Positions 38,505 through 48,901 of a stretch of DNA of 64,000 bases are shown piece after piece. Source of the stretch: an uncultured Planctomycetota bacterium (GTDB lineage Bacteria; Planctomycetota; Planctomycetia; Isosphaerales; Isosphaeraceae); NCBI GenBank assembly GCA_963845755.1, contig CAWJTV010000013.1, forward strand, positions 160,001 to 224,000, in the 5' to 3' direction. A program made the position numbers and the translations under genes. Each line of letters starts with the position of its first letter. Within the stretch, counting starts at the first letter, position 1. The notes under the pieces are model-generated. The model made no database searches. It saw nothing but the letters and a program-made list of their open reading frames with translations, and was not told the DNA's origin.

Positions 38505-39502
38505 GAAACTATCCGAGAACGCCTCTGATGCTCATGTGGGATTTTGGTTTGCGTCAGCCTGACCCAGGCGGTCGAGCCGCCGGTACCAGTACAGCGCGCA
38601 GGCCAGTTGGATCAGCCCCAAGTCGTTGCCGTCCTTCTTGTCGTACCGCACCAAGATCCCGCGGCACTTCGACAGCCAGCCCACCGTCCGCTCCACGACC
38701 CAACGTCGCGGCTTGTGTCCGGGCTTCCTCGCGCCAGGCTTCATCTCCTCGCTGGCTTTATGGATGTTGAGGGATGTAGTTCGCCTCGGTCGCCGCTGCC
38801 CGGCCCGTGGGGTTCTCGTAACCCCCATCCAGGCAGAGGTTCTGCGGCGCCTCGCCGGTCGGTTCGGGGCGCTCGACCACGATGGCCTCGATCGTCCCGC
38901 GCAGGGTCTGCCTCTCCAACACGTTGGCCCCGGAGATCACCACCCCCAACGGCCTGCCCTGACCATCGACCACCACCGACTTCTTGGTCCCGTTTTTCCC
39001 ACGATCCGTGGGATTTGGGCCTACCTTTTTCCCCCCCGAACCGGGCCTTGCCCAGTGCCGCGTCGGCACTCTGCCACTGCCACTCGACGGCACCCAACTC
39101 GTCGCACTCGGCGACCAGCTCCGCCCAGATCCGTTCCATGACCCCGCCGGCACACCAGCGCTGGAACCAATCGTGGACGGTGCTCTTGGGGCCGAACTTG
39201 CGGGGGAGTTGCTCCCATTGGCAGCCGGTCCGCATGCGGAAGATGATCCCAGTGAGGGCGGTGCGCCAATTGGCAGTATGCCGTCCGGTCGGCTTCTTGG
39301 GCCAGAACGCCAAGAGGATGGGAAGGATTCGTTCCCACAGGGCATCCGGGACCTCCCAGATCGGTCCTAACCGCTTGGACTTCGGTTTCCGTCGCGATTT
39401 CCGCTTGGTCTTGGTCATGGCGGGACCCTCCTTCGGTTACGCTCTCGAAGAACATAACTCAAGCAGGATCCGGGCCATATCGTCAATTCTCGGATAGTTT
39501 CC
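38505..39502 (-). mobile_element. IS5-family insertion sequence (two-ORF type)
   Basis: 15-bp inverted repeats GAAACTATCCGAGAA / TTCTCGGATAGTTTC. OrfA IIFRMRTGCQWEQLP; G7A5 slippery run at 39026-39037; OrfB GPNPTDRGK, LCLDGGY, RWVVERT. There is an extra frame break at ~38770. Confidence 0.93.
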
Positions 39503-39564
39503 TAGCGGTGATGTGCCACGCCGAAGGCGTGGGAGACTCCGGTCACTCCGTGATTCCCGCGACT

Positions 39565-41633
39565 TCACCGAACGAGGGCGGATGGCCGGTAGACGATGTG
39601 AAACCTCCGGGACACCGGCTCGAGAGGATCGGCTTGAACTTCGATGGTGCCCTGGTATTCCCCGGGTTTTTCGAAATCGCGCTCCACCTCGAAGAGGCCG
39701 TCCGGATCGATCCAGAGTCGCCGGCTCCAACCGTCGTTGAACCGCACCGTGCCGGTCACGATCGGCACGTCCCGATCGTAGACGCGCAGATCGAAGACAT
39801 AAAGCGACTTCAGCCCGATATGCCCATCGGGAATCGTCGAAGTCCGCAGGAACTGGGCCATGGCACTGTCATCGTGGTCATCTCGCCCCTTCATCCGGCG
39901 CGGACAAGAATCGTCCGAGCGCCCCGGACCCATTCCGAGATGTTAACCGGTGCAGCGTAGGGCCAGATCGTACTTCCGTGAATCACTGCTTTCCAGGCGC
40001 GATCGCGATCGGTCGAAACTTCGAGGACTCCGCTCGCATCCGCGGCGTCGAGAGAAAGACTCGCATAAAGCGATGCCGAGCGGACGGGAAAAGCCAGCGC
40101 GAACTTATAGACCACTTCGAAGTCTTTGCGGTCGTCGATCGGTCCCCAGTAACGGATGCCGTGGCGCTTTTCGCTCCAGATCCGGGCGTTCCTCGTCAAT
40201 GAGCCGTCGAGGTAGGACTTGTGCCGATCGTCGTTCAGGTCGAACTGGATCACTTCCCTCGGGGCGCGAACGGTACTCACCGCCGGTGAGATGGCGACGC
40301 GGCCCACGCCCATGTAGTGCTTCTGATCCACGTGCAGATCGTTTGCTGGGGTTGTCAACTCCAGGTGTCGGTGGGCGAGAGGTGTCGCACCCCGACCCTT
40401 CTGCGGGCGATCGACCAAGGACAGTCCGAGAACCGCGAGCAGCATCAACACGATGGCGGCCGCGCCGATCGTGATGACCCGCCCGGCTCGCAACCCGGAT
40501 TTCCAGGGTCGTTCCGTGCGGTGCTTCGCTCCATCCGACAAGAATCGATCCAGCTCATCCGCGAGGTCACGGGCCGTCAGATATCGTCGCTTTGGGTCTT
40601 TTTCCAGGCATTTGAGGCAAATGGCATCCAGCGACCCGGGAACGCGGTGATCGACGTGTGATGGCGGGTCCGGACGCTGGCCGACGACCTGGAAGACCGT
40701 CTCGATCGGCGAGTCGCCGCGGAACGGTGGCCGGCCGGTCAACAGTTCGTAGAAGATCGCGCCCAGTCCATAGACGTCGATGGCCGGGCCGACCGTCATG
40801 GCTCGATTCCTGGCCTGTTCGGGTGCCATGTACGACGGCGTGCCCAGGACCATGCCGGAGAGGGAGGCATGGGCCGGGCTATCCTGATCCAGGCGCCTGG
40901 CCAGGCCGAAGTCGGTGAGCTTGAGCCGGGCGGGGTCGAGAGGCTCATCGCGGGGGCCGGCCACCAGGACGTTCGCGGGCTTCAAGTCGCGGTGGATAAT
41001 CCCGCGATCGTGCGCCTCCTGGACCACCCGGGCGAGCGCGGACGTGATCCGGGCCGCCTCCGGCGGCGGTACGGGCTGGCCGCCAAGGCGTTGGGCGAGG
41101 CTGCCCCCTTCGACCAGCTCCAGGCACAGGTAAGGGACGCCCTGGTGTTCGCCGAGGTCGTAGAGCGCGACGACCTGGGGATGACGGAGCCGGGCGATCG
41201 TCATCGACTCCTCGCGAAACCGCTTGATGGCCCTGCGCGAGGCGTGCGCACCGGCCGTCAGCATCTTCAGCGCGACCAGTCGATCGAGCTTGACCTGCCG
41301 GGCCTTGTAGACGACTCCGGATCCGCCTCGACCCATCACGCCGAGGACCTCGAAGCCCTCGACCTGGATGGAAGCCGGCAGTCGCGGTTCCGAGTCGAGG
41401 GGACCGTCCTCGTCGCGGGGATCGTTGCTCTCGCTGGACGAAAGCGGATTGCGAAGGCCCCACAGCTCCCGCCAGCGGACCTGGTCCGCGTGCTCGGTCG
41501 GGTCCTCCAGCAGCGCTCGGCAACGGGGACATGCGGCGAAGTGAGCGGCGATCGGGTCCCCAGGTTGAGGATCAAACGAATCGTCGAGGTATTGGCGCAG
41601 CACGCTCGGATCCGGACAGCCGTCGCACTCCAT
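39565..41633 (-). CDS. Hanks-type Ser/Thr kinase with N-terminal zinc-finger-like motif, TM and extracytoplasmic domain; indel at ~39898
   Basis: C...HFAACPRC, GRGGSGVVY, VALK, HRDLKPANV, DFGLA, GTPSYMAPE; TM VITIGAAAIVLMLLAVLGL. Confidence 0.93.
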
Positions 41634-42240
41634 CGGTTGACGACTCCTCGTGTTCCGCCTCCATGCGATCGATCTGACGTTTCAACATCTTACGGATCTT
41701 GCACCGCGCGACGTAGACGGTCAACGTCTCCAGCTCAAGCCACGCCGCGGCCTCCGGGATCGAACTCCCCTCGAGATCGGTCAGCACGAACGCCTGCCAG
41801 TTGTGCGGAGCGACCCGGGCCTGTACGTTCGACATCGCGCGATCGAAGAGGTCGAGGTCGAAGGCTTGATCGAGCCGCGAGAGCAGGTCGTCGCGTGCTT
41901 CCTGGTTGACGAGCAGCTCGAGCACCTGGGTATCGCCCGAACCGCGAGTGGGTTCCTGGAGTCGCTGGCGTTGATAATCGCTCAGGGCGTGATTGACGAC
42001 GATCTGCAGCCAGCCCCGGAATCGTTTCGAAGAATCGTACGAAAACGTCCGGAGTGCCGTGACCAGCTTCGTGAGGACGTCCTGGCAGACATCCTGAGCG
42101 TCGCCTGGAGCCAGGCCGCGCTTCTTGCACCACAATTGAATCAGGGGTTCGTAAGACGTGACGAACCGATCCCACGCGTCCTCATCAGCCGGCTGGCGTC
42201 GCAGGCGAAACAGGAGGCTCTCCTGGGTTGTATACGCCAT
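41572..42240 (-). CDS. ECF sigma factor of the kinase-associated planctomycete type
   Basis: TQESLLFRLR...AWDRFV..YEPLI, DAQDVCQDV, FRGWL and VYVARCKI. Overlaps the kinase gene. Confidence 0.9.
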   Translation of the reverse strand: MAYTTQESLLFRLRRQPADEDAWDRFVTSYEPLIQLWCKKRGLAPGDAQDVCQDVLTKLVTALRTFSYDSSKRFRGWLQIVVNHALSDYQRQRLQEPTRGSGDTQVLELLVNQEARDDLLSRLDQAFDLDLFDRAMSNVQARVAPHNWQAFVLTDLEGSSIPEAAAWLELETLTVYVARCKIRKMLKRQIDRMEAEHEESSTDGVRRLSGSERAAPIPRRFV

Positions 42241-42439
42241 GCTTCGCCTCGAATCGATCGGTTTGCGATACGGACGAACAGCAAATGATGGATGTTAGCG
42301 GGCGGACAAGCCCGATGCAAGCGAAATTCAGAAAAATCTATGAACGAGGCGCAAGATTTCGAGCGATGGCGGGGTAGTTCTCCTCTTCGGGGTGATCGAT
42401 GGAAGGTGGATTGGTTCAGGGCAAACGGGACAAGCAGTA

Positions 42440-43493
42440 GGGTTGTTCTGAAATAACGGTCCTGTACACTATGTGGAGCACCAGGAGGCTCCTCGATGAT
42501 CCGCTATGCGACGCTCCGAGTTACCCCCAAGATCTTCCCCGCCTTGACCGGGCTGACTCTCGGGGAATTCGAGCGGCTCGCCGCGGAATTCGCGGCGGCG
42601 CACGCCCGAACCCGGGCCGCCTCGACTCGCACCAAGAAGGGCACGCCCCGCCGCCGCGCCCGGGCGCCGGCGCCCCGCCGTCGCTGGACCTGACCGACCG
42701 GCTGTTGATGGCGCTGGTCTGGCTGCGGATCTATCCCACCTACGAGCTGCTCGGCTGGCTCTTCGGGTTGGAGAAGTCCAACGCCTGGGAGAACGTCCAG
42801 GACGCCTTGGCGGTGCTCGAGACCCTGGCCGACTTCCCGTTCGAGCGGCCCGCCGCCGGCCGCACCCCGCTGGCCACCCCGGCGGCGGTCTTCGCCGCGT
42901 TCCCGGAGGTCAAGATCGTCATCGACGGCAAGGAGCAGCCGTTCCGACGCCCGCAGGGATGGGATCAGCAGAAGCCGTTCTACTCCGGGAAGAAGAAGCG
43001 GCACACGGTCAAGAACCAGGTCGTTTGCACGCCGGAAGGACGGATCGGTGGGGTTTCCGAGACGGTCCCTGGCTCGACCCACGACCTGACGATGATGCGG
43101 GGTGACGGCACGCTGGACCGGCTGGAGGAGGGGGAATCGGCGATGGCCGACAAGGCCTACACCGGAGGCCAGAAGGACCGCCCCGGGACGTCCCTGGTGG
43201 TGCCGACGAGGGCGACGCGAGGCCACCCGCTGACGGCGGAGCAACAGGCGGCGAACCGGGTGATCAGCGGGTACCGGGTGGTGATCGAACCTGTGATGGC
43301 CCAACTGAACCGATTTCAGGTGCTCAAGCAGGTCTTCCGCAGCGCGTTCCAGCGGCACACCGGGGTGATCCGGGTGGTGGCCGCGTTGGTTGACCGGCGG
43401 ATCGCGGCGGTGCCCCTGAAGACCTACGCAGTGAACTGATCCCGAAGGGGGTCAGGGGGACAGAGACGACTGTCGGCTATTCCAGAACAACCC
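42440..43493 (+). mobile_element. IS5-family (ISL2-like, HTH + DDE_Tnp_4) insertion sequence; indel at ~42660
   Basis: 16-bp inverted repeats GGGTTGTTCTGAAATA / TATTCCAGAACAACCC (1 mismatch) with a TA target duplication on both sides. Motifs IDGKEQP, YSGKKKRHT, ADKAY and RVVIE. CDS 42496-43439. Confidence 0.93.
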
Positions 43494-43504
43494 TAGTGTC
43501 TCTC

Positions 43505-43557
43505 GGCTTTGCACAACGAATGCCCCCTGCACAACGATTCACCGGGCTGCACAACGA
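43505..43557. repeat. Three TGCACAACGA direct repeats, candidate transposon end
   Basis: Copies at 43510, 43528 and 43548; the first is preceded by GGCTT. Confidence 0.55.
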
Positions 43558-43903
43558 ATCGAGAATGAAGGAATTCAGAGACGCGCGATTTGGATGCGAA
43601 ACTTGATTGCATGCAAATCGTTGCGATCCACGCCCAATTACAAATGGGGAATACTTCGAGATTTTCAAATTGGGATAAATGGGCAATACTTGATGAAAAT
43701 ACGTGCTACGAATCTCTGTCGAAATCTGTTTCGGTGCAGGAACCTTGTAAGGTGATCCGGCGTTCATTAAGCTATCAAGAAGATCTAGCCGATAGCCACC
43801 GAGGTCACCTCTGGTGGCTATCGGCGCGCGCATGATGCATGCACGCAACTGATCCGAGCCATCACTATTAGTGATGCAGACTGTGGCCACAGGAGAAGAA
43901 GCT

Positions 43904-46482
43904 GTGAACACCCTGGACTTCACTGGCGCACAGCGACGACTCGTGGAATCGGTGCTCACCGCCTTGAGGACGCTTGGATATCGCGATGAACTCGTCGCCG
44001 AAGATTATAAATATCTTGATCGATTCGTAAGTCGCCATCCCCAAAGGCAGATTCGGGCAGCCCTCTTCGGTAGGACTCCTGTATCATATGGGACAGCACT
44101 TATCGGCGTAGCAGAGGCCAATGGGTCACACGGCGCGTACTTTGGTTAACGAGCATCGTTCGCTAGGAGCCCCGGTGGTCTTGGAAATCCAAGATGAAAC
44201 CATCGGGATTTGGGCGGTCAGCAGGGAGGAAGGATCTGCCTATCTTGAGCACAGCGTTGATGAAGTTGGATTTCGGCGGTGGATAACAGACAACGAGAAA
44301 GCTCTCCAGCCGAATGAGTTCTTGCGGACGAAGGAAGGCGTCGGACGCGTCCCTACTTTTTTCCAACCTAGCCTTTTTGCGGGACTCATCCCCGAGTTGG
44401 AATTGAAAATCAGGAAGTCTCTTGATCCGATCTTGCTCCGCGAAATCAAGGCCGGAGTTGATGCGTATAGGGGGGCTAAAGGCTGCGACCCACCAGAACG
44501 AGAGTTATTCAAGCTCGCGTTCTGGATACTGACGGGCAAGGTCTTCGCCGATCGGAATCACAAGGACTTCGCCGATCTCGATTCTCCAGGTAGTCCCGAA
44601 ATCGTTCTCAATCGGGTCGCCAAGCATTACAACCAAACCGAATACAAGTTGTTGAATCATGAGGCCAGAGAAGCCGTGTTCAGCCACGTTTGGGGTCGCA
44701 CGGATTTCCGCAACCTTTCTGTGGAGGTACTCTCTCAGATCTGGTCAAGAACCCTTGTTAGCGAGGAAACTCGGAAGAAGCTAGGTATCCACCGGACGAG
44801 AAGGAGCATCGTTCGTTATATCGTCGATCGCATCCCTTTCGAATCCTTTAATCTGGAGCACAGACGAGTATTAGAGCCGTGTTCGGGCAGTGCGACATTT
44901 CTTGTTGCTGCGCTTGATCGCATGCGCGACATTCCCCCTGAGATCTCCGACCCGGTGGCCCGACATGTTTACTTCCAGCGAATGTTGACCGGATTTGAAC
45001 GAGATCCGTTTGGGGTTGAGATTGGGAGCCTATGTCTCGCGTTGGCCGACTATCCTAATCCAAATGGATGGAACATAAGGCCAAGCAATGTATTCAAATC
45101 GCCAGAATTCGGCCCTGCTTGCCAGGTTGCCAGGATCGTGTTATGCAATCCTCCTTTTGAAGATTTTGATGACGAGGAATACGAAGAAGTGAGGGCGACC
45201 ACAAGACATAAACCTGCGGAGTTGCTTGGCCGCATTCTCGACTCGCTCCATCCGCAAGGGGTGCTTGGCTTCGTTTTGCCACGGTCTTTCCTTGACCACC
45301 GTGGCTACGCGCCGATTCGCAGAAGGATTGTCGAGCGATACGGTAGCATCGACCTCTTGTCCCTCCCCGGGAAAGGATGGGAGCATGCCGACAAGGAGAC
45401 GGTACTCTTGATCGCGACAGATCCTGCCACGCACACGCAAGCAATCGTATCATTTGCGAAGGTGAAAGAGAAGCACTGGCGCGAATTCGAGCGGCTCCAT
45501 GAGGTCGATTTTCGTGCCGAAGAGAGCAAGTCAAGCGAAGACGCTGACAAATCGCTCGCGGTCCTCGAATTGAAAGAGGTTTGGGATTATCTCGCCTACT
45601 GCCCGCAGCTTGGCGAGATGGCAGAGGTTCGAAAGGGGATTGAATGGAGCTTAGACCAAGAAGAGCATCGCGACCTGCTTGTTCGATCAGAACCTCGGGA
45701 TGGCCATGATGATCGTGTTGGTATTGCGCCTCAAGCGTCACCGTTCTTAGCCTTCGAGTGCACCGCCCATTGCTTATCTCAACTTCGATACAGAGTATCA
45801 ACGACGGCCCAACTCATTTGAGCGGTCTTGGGACCAGCCGAAGATTATCCTGAATAGAAACCGCAAATCTCGGCCGGGACCGTGGAAACTCGCAGCATTT
45901 GCTGACTTCGAGGGGCTAGCGTGTTATGAAGCTTTCATCGCCGTATGGCCCAAAGACAACGGAATGATCGTGCCGATCGTCGCTGTCCTCAACGGGCCGG
46001 TCGCTAGCGCATTCGCGGCGGTAAAGGAGACGGGAGCCCATGTCATGGTAAAGACGATTCGCCAAATCCCCGTCCCATTCTTCACGACTCAACAAGCGGA
46101 AGAGATCGGGACGCTCGTGGCGGAGTATCGCAAGGCTATTGGAGCTGCTCATCCGCTTGCTGTCCAGCAAGCTTACGGGGAGGCCGATAGGCTGCTTCGT
46201 CAGATTGACGCAATTGTATTAGAGGCGTATGGCTTGCCGCCGAGGCTTGAACGCGTGCTTTTAGATTACTTCAACGGTTTCAACAACCGGCCGATTCCAT
46301 TTCGCTTCGCCGACTACTTTCCGCATGACTTCAAGCCGTTCTTTTCTCTGAGGGATTGGTTGACTCGGCGCCACGCTCAGGCAACGATCGAACGATTTCG
46401 GGGACAACCCCTGGAATTGCCCAGTCACATCCGCCGAGCGCTGGAATTGGCGACCAATGATGACGACGGGGGCGAAGAATGA
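43904..46482 (+). CDS. N6-adenine DNA methyltransferase with Type IIG-like architecture (~860 aa); indels at ~44130 and ~45765
   Basis: RKKLGIHRT, motif I VLEPCSGSATFL, motif IV CNPPF, GVLGFVLP and a TRD-like C-terminus. AGGAG RBS before GTG 43904. The three ORF pieces join with single-base fixes. Confidence 0.85.
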
Positions 46483-46958
46483 ACGGCTATCTATTCGACA
46501 CGAACATCGTGAGTTTTTGGTTTCAGCAGAAGCCCGCGATAACCTCGCGCGTAGCAGCAATACCGAACGGGAATTTTTTATATATATCTGCTGTCACGAT
46601 AGGTGAAATTGAATTTGGCCATCTAAACATAAACGCCAAGGATCCTGCCAAACAAGCTGCTTTCAGGCGCTGGATTGCCGAGACCTTCCACTCGCACCGT
46701 CTAGAAATTACAAATGCCACCGCCGGGGAATACGCCAAACTCAAGCGAGCAGTTTGTGACACTTATTTCAAAAAAAATAAATATATAGAACTTCACGAAA
46801 ATGCCCAGGCTCATGTTCTGGGCGTGGACGAAAACGACCTTTGGATCGTATCCCAAGCGTACGAGCACGGCTTGAAGTTCGTTACATGCGACAAGATGAC
46901 TAGGATCAAAGAGGTCCTAGGACATATGGTCGATGTAAGCACTTGGCCTCAGGTATGA
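46479..46958 (+). CDS. PIN-domain (VapC-like) nuclease
   Basis: YLFDTNIVS, ISAVTIGEIEFG, DENDLWI and FVTCDK. ATGA overlap with the MTase stop. Confidence 0.92.
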   Translation: MNGYLFDTNIVSFWFQQKPAITSRVAAIPNGNFLYISAVTIGEIEFGHLNINAKDPAKQAAFRRWIAETFHSHRLEITNATAGEYAKLKRAVCDTYFKKNKYIELHENAQAHVLGVDENDLWIVSQAYEHGLKFVTCDKMTRIKEVLGHMVDVSTWPQV

Positions 46959-46964
46959 CCAAGA

Positions 46965-47204
46965 CTATCCTTCTCCGGCTTTCGCCCCTGACGATCGAAG
47001 GAAAGCAACCGACTGCCCAGCCTTCTCCAATTCCCGCCTTGCTACGATCCGTAACCGCTCCCGCAGCCATGCCGAGAGCGAAAGACCTGAGAGCGTAGCG
47101 GCTTCATCGAAAGCCTGCTTCTCGGCGGCTTCCAATCGCACCTGCAACAGCACTCCCTTGGCCCGGTCCAGGTCCTTGGGAGGTCTCCCGCGTTGTTTCT
47201 TCAT
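46965..47204 (-). CDS. Small ribbon-helix-helix-like DNA-binding protein
   Basis: GRPPK, then LQVRL..AEKQAFDEAA..SGLSLSAWLRERL. Confidence 0.75.
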   Translation of the reverse strand: MKKQRGRPPKDLDRAKGVLLQVRLEAAEKQAFDEAATLSGLSLSAWLRERLRIVARRELEKAGQSVAFLRSSGAKAGEG

Positions 47205-47210
47205 GCCAGA

Positions 47211-47278
47211 ATTGTAATGACAAAAAACTTACGGGTCAAGCAGTCAGGTCTTGACTGTAAGTTTTTTGTCATTACAAT
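47211..47278. promoter_or_regulatory. Back-to-back sigma70-like promoters forming a ~29-bp inverted repeat
   Basis: Plus strand TTGACT-16nt-TACAAT (47251-47278); minus strand TTGACC-17nt-TACAAT (47239-47211). Confidence 0.75.
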
Positions 47279-47335
47279 AAATGTGTCATGAACGATGCCA
47301 ACGCGAACCCGACCTTCCTTGGAGGGGTCTGACCC

Positions 47336-47832
47336 ATGTCCGCGGTTGCAACGATCAAGGAGACACTCGATCCAACTGAAACCCGCCGACAGCGCGGGCT
47401 CGCTATTGCGGCCATGACTCGGATCGAACAGAAGAAATCTGGTCTCTGGGCAGTCCCAAGCCAGACCGGTAACGGCGCCTATTGGGTGCGGCTCGACTTG
47501 GAACAACCGACGTGCACCTGCAAGGATTTCGAGGAACGCAGTCAACCGTGCAAGCACGTCTTTGCAGTCCAATTCGTCAAGCAACGGGAATCCCATCCGG
47601 ATGGCACCGAGATCACCACCGAAGTCATGACGGTGGTCAGGCAGACCACAGTCAAGAAGCCGACCTACAAGCAGAACTGGCCTGCCTACAACAAAGCCCA
47701 GACGACCGAGAAGCACCGTTTCCAGGTCTTGCTTGCTGAGTTGTGTCGCGGCATCGTGGAACCTGTGCGCAAGACGACTCGGGGTCAACAGCCTCTCTCG
47801 CTGGCCGATATGGTCTTCTCTGTTGCGTTCAA
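47336..47832 (+). mobile_element. 5' part of a SWIM zinc-finger transposase, truncated at a repeat
   Basis: WAVPSQ, CTCKDF...PCKH (SWIM), TYKQNWPAYNKAQ..EK..F..LL.ELC and LADMVFSVAFK, after which the sequence runs into repeat DNA. Confidence 0.7.
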
Positions 47833-48024
47833 GGGGCCGAAAAGGGGGGCCGAAAAGGGGACGGAACGAATTAACGACCTTTAACAAAACAATTCGCTCC
47901 GTCCGTTTCGCGGGCCCCGACCCCTTTAGCGCAGGGGCCGAAAAAGGGGACGGAACGAATTAACGACCTTTAACAAAACAATTCGCTCCGTCCGTTTCGC
48001 GGGCCCCGACCCCTTTAGCGCAGG
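47832..48024. repeat. Tandem pair of ~89-bp palindromic repeats with a stuttered start
   Basis: GGGGCCGAAAAGGGGACGGAACGAATT...AATTCGCTCCGTCC...CCCCTTTAGCGCAGG occurs twice. Confidence 0.9.
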
Positions 48025-48084
48025 CGGAGAACGGAAGGCGTGAGTCATCGGACATGACCGGCCAACCCAACACAGGAGAACCGG

Positions 48085-48315
48085 ATGGACTGGCAAGATC
48101 GAATCAGCGTGGACCCGAAGGTGCTCGTCGGCAAACCCGTCATCAAGGGGACGCGCATTGCTGTCGAGTTTGTCGTGGACCTTCTGGGCCGAGGGTGGAC
48201 GACGGAGCAGATTCTCCGTGAATACGATCACCTGACCGCCGAAGACATCCAGGCGTGTTTGGCCTACGCGAGCGAAGTCCTCAAGTCGGAGCGGGTGTAC
48301 CTCTTGCCGACATGA
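48085..48315 (+). CDS. DUF433 family antitoxin-like protein
   Basis: RISVDPKVLVGKPVIKGTRIAV...LTAEDIQACLAYA. Confidence 0.95.
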   Translation: MDWQDRISVDPKVLVGKPVIKGTRIAVEFVVDLLGRGWTTEQILREYDHLTAEDIQACLAYASEVLKSERVYLLPT

Positions 48316-48326
48316 AGGATCTGGCG

Positions 48327-48725
48327 ATGCGCTTTCTCGCCGATGAGAACGTCACCGGGACCGTGCTTCAGGAATTGCGGCAACGGGGGCATGATGTGCT
48401 CTCGGTCAAGGAGTCGATGCGCTCCGAGCGGGATGATGTGATCTTGGCCCGTGCCCAGGCGGAACAGCGAATCGTCATCACTCACGATAAGGACTTCGGT
48501 GAGTTGGCCTTCCGGTCGCAACTGCCTGCTTCCTGCGGCGTCATCTTGATTCGGTTGGCAGGGAGCGAATCCGATACGGACAACCAACGGATTCTCGAAG
48601 CCTTGGAGAGCCGGACGGATTGGACCGGGCATTTTTCGGTCATCACCGACAACAGGATCAGAATGCGAGCGTTGCCCGTAGTTCCGCCGCCCAGAGGTGC
48701 AAGACCGAGAAAGCGCAAGAAATGA
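48327..48725 (+). CDS. DUF5615 PIN-like toxin
   Basis: MRFLADENV...GHDV...DDVIL..A..EQRIVITHDKDFGEL. Confidence 0.93.
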   Translation: MRFLADENVTGTVLQELRQRGHDVLSVKESMRSERDDVILARAQAEQRIVITHDKDFGELAFRSQLPASCGVILIRLAGSESDTDNQRILEALESRTDWTGHFSVITDNRIRMRALPVVPPPRGARPRKRKK

Positions 48726-48901
48726 CCGACGCCAGACACAACCTAATATATAAGTAATATCATATTCTGGGAAAACCGGGGACATAGGGAAAACCGGGAA
48801 GGGATGGGACCCGGGATCAAACTTTGTTATTTGTTTCCGGGCGGCTCGCTCATCGGCGAGTCAAACGGCTTTCGACCCTTCTCGAACAGACATTCACCCC
48901 A

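Noticed and set aside
38505..43493. Composite transposon carrying the ECF-kinase pair
   Set aside because: The two IS elements have different inverted repeats and transposases, and the second has its own TA duplication.
46965..47204. VapB antitoxin for the PIN gene
   Set aside because: It is convergent with PIN and shares a symmetric promoter with the transposase, so it fits an element regulator better. Not fully excluded.
47832..48024. CRISPR array or integron attC sites
   Set aside because: Two near-identical units with no spacer. I could not see an RYYYAAC/GTTRRRY pair or an integrase.
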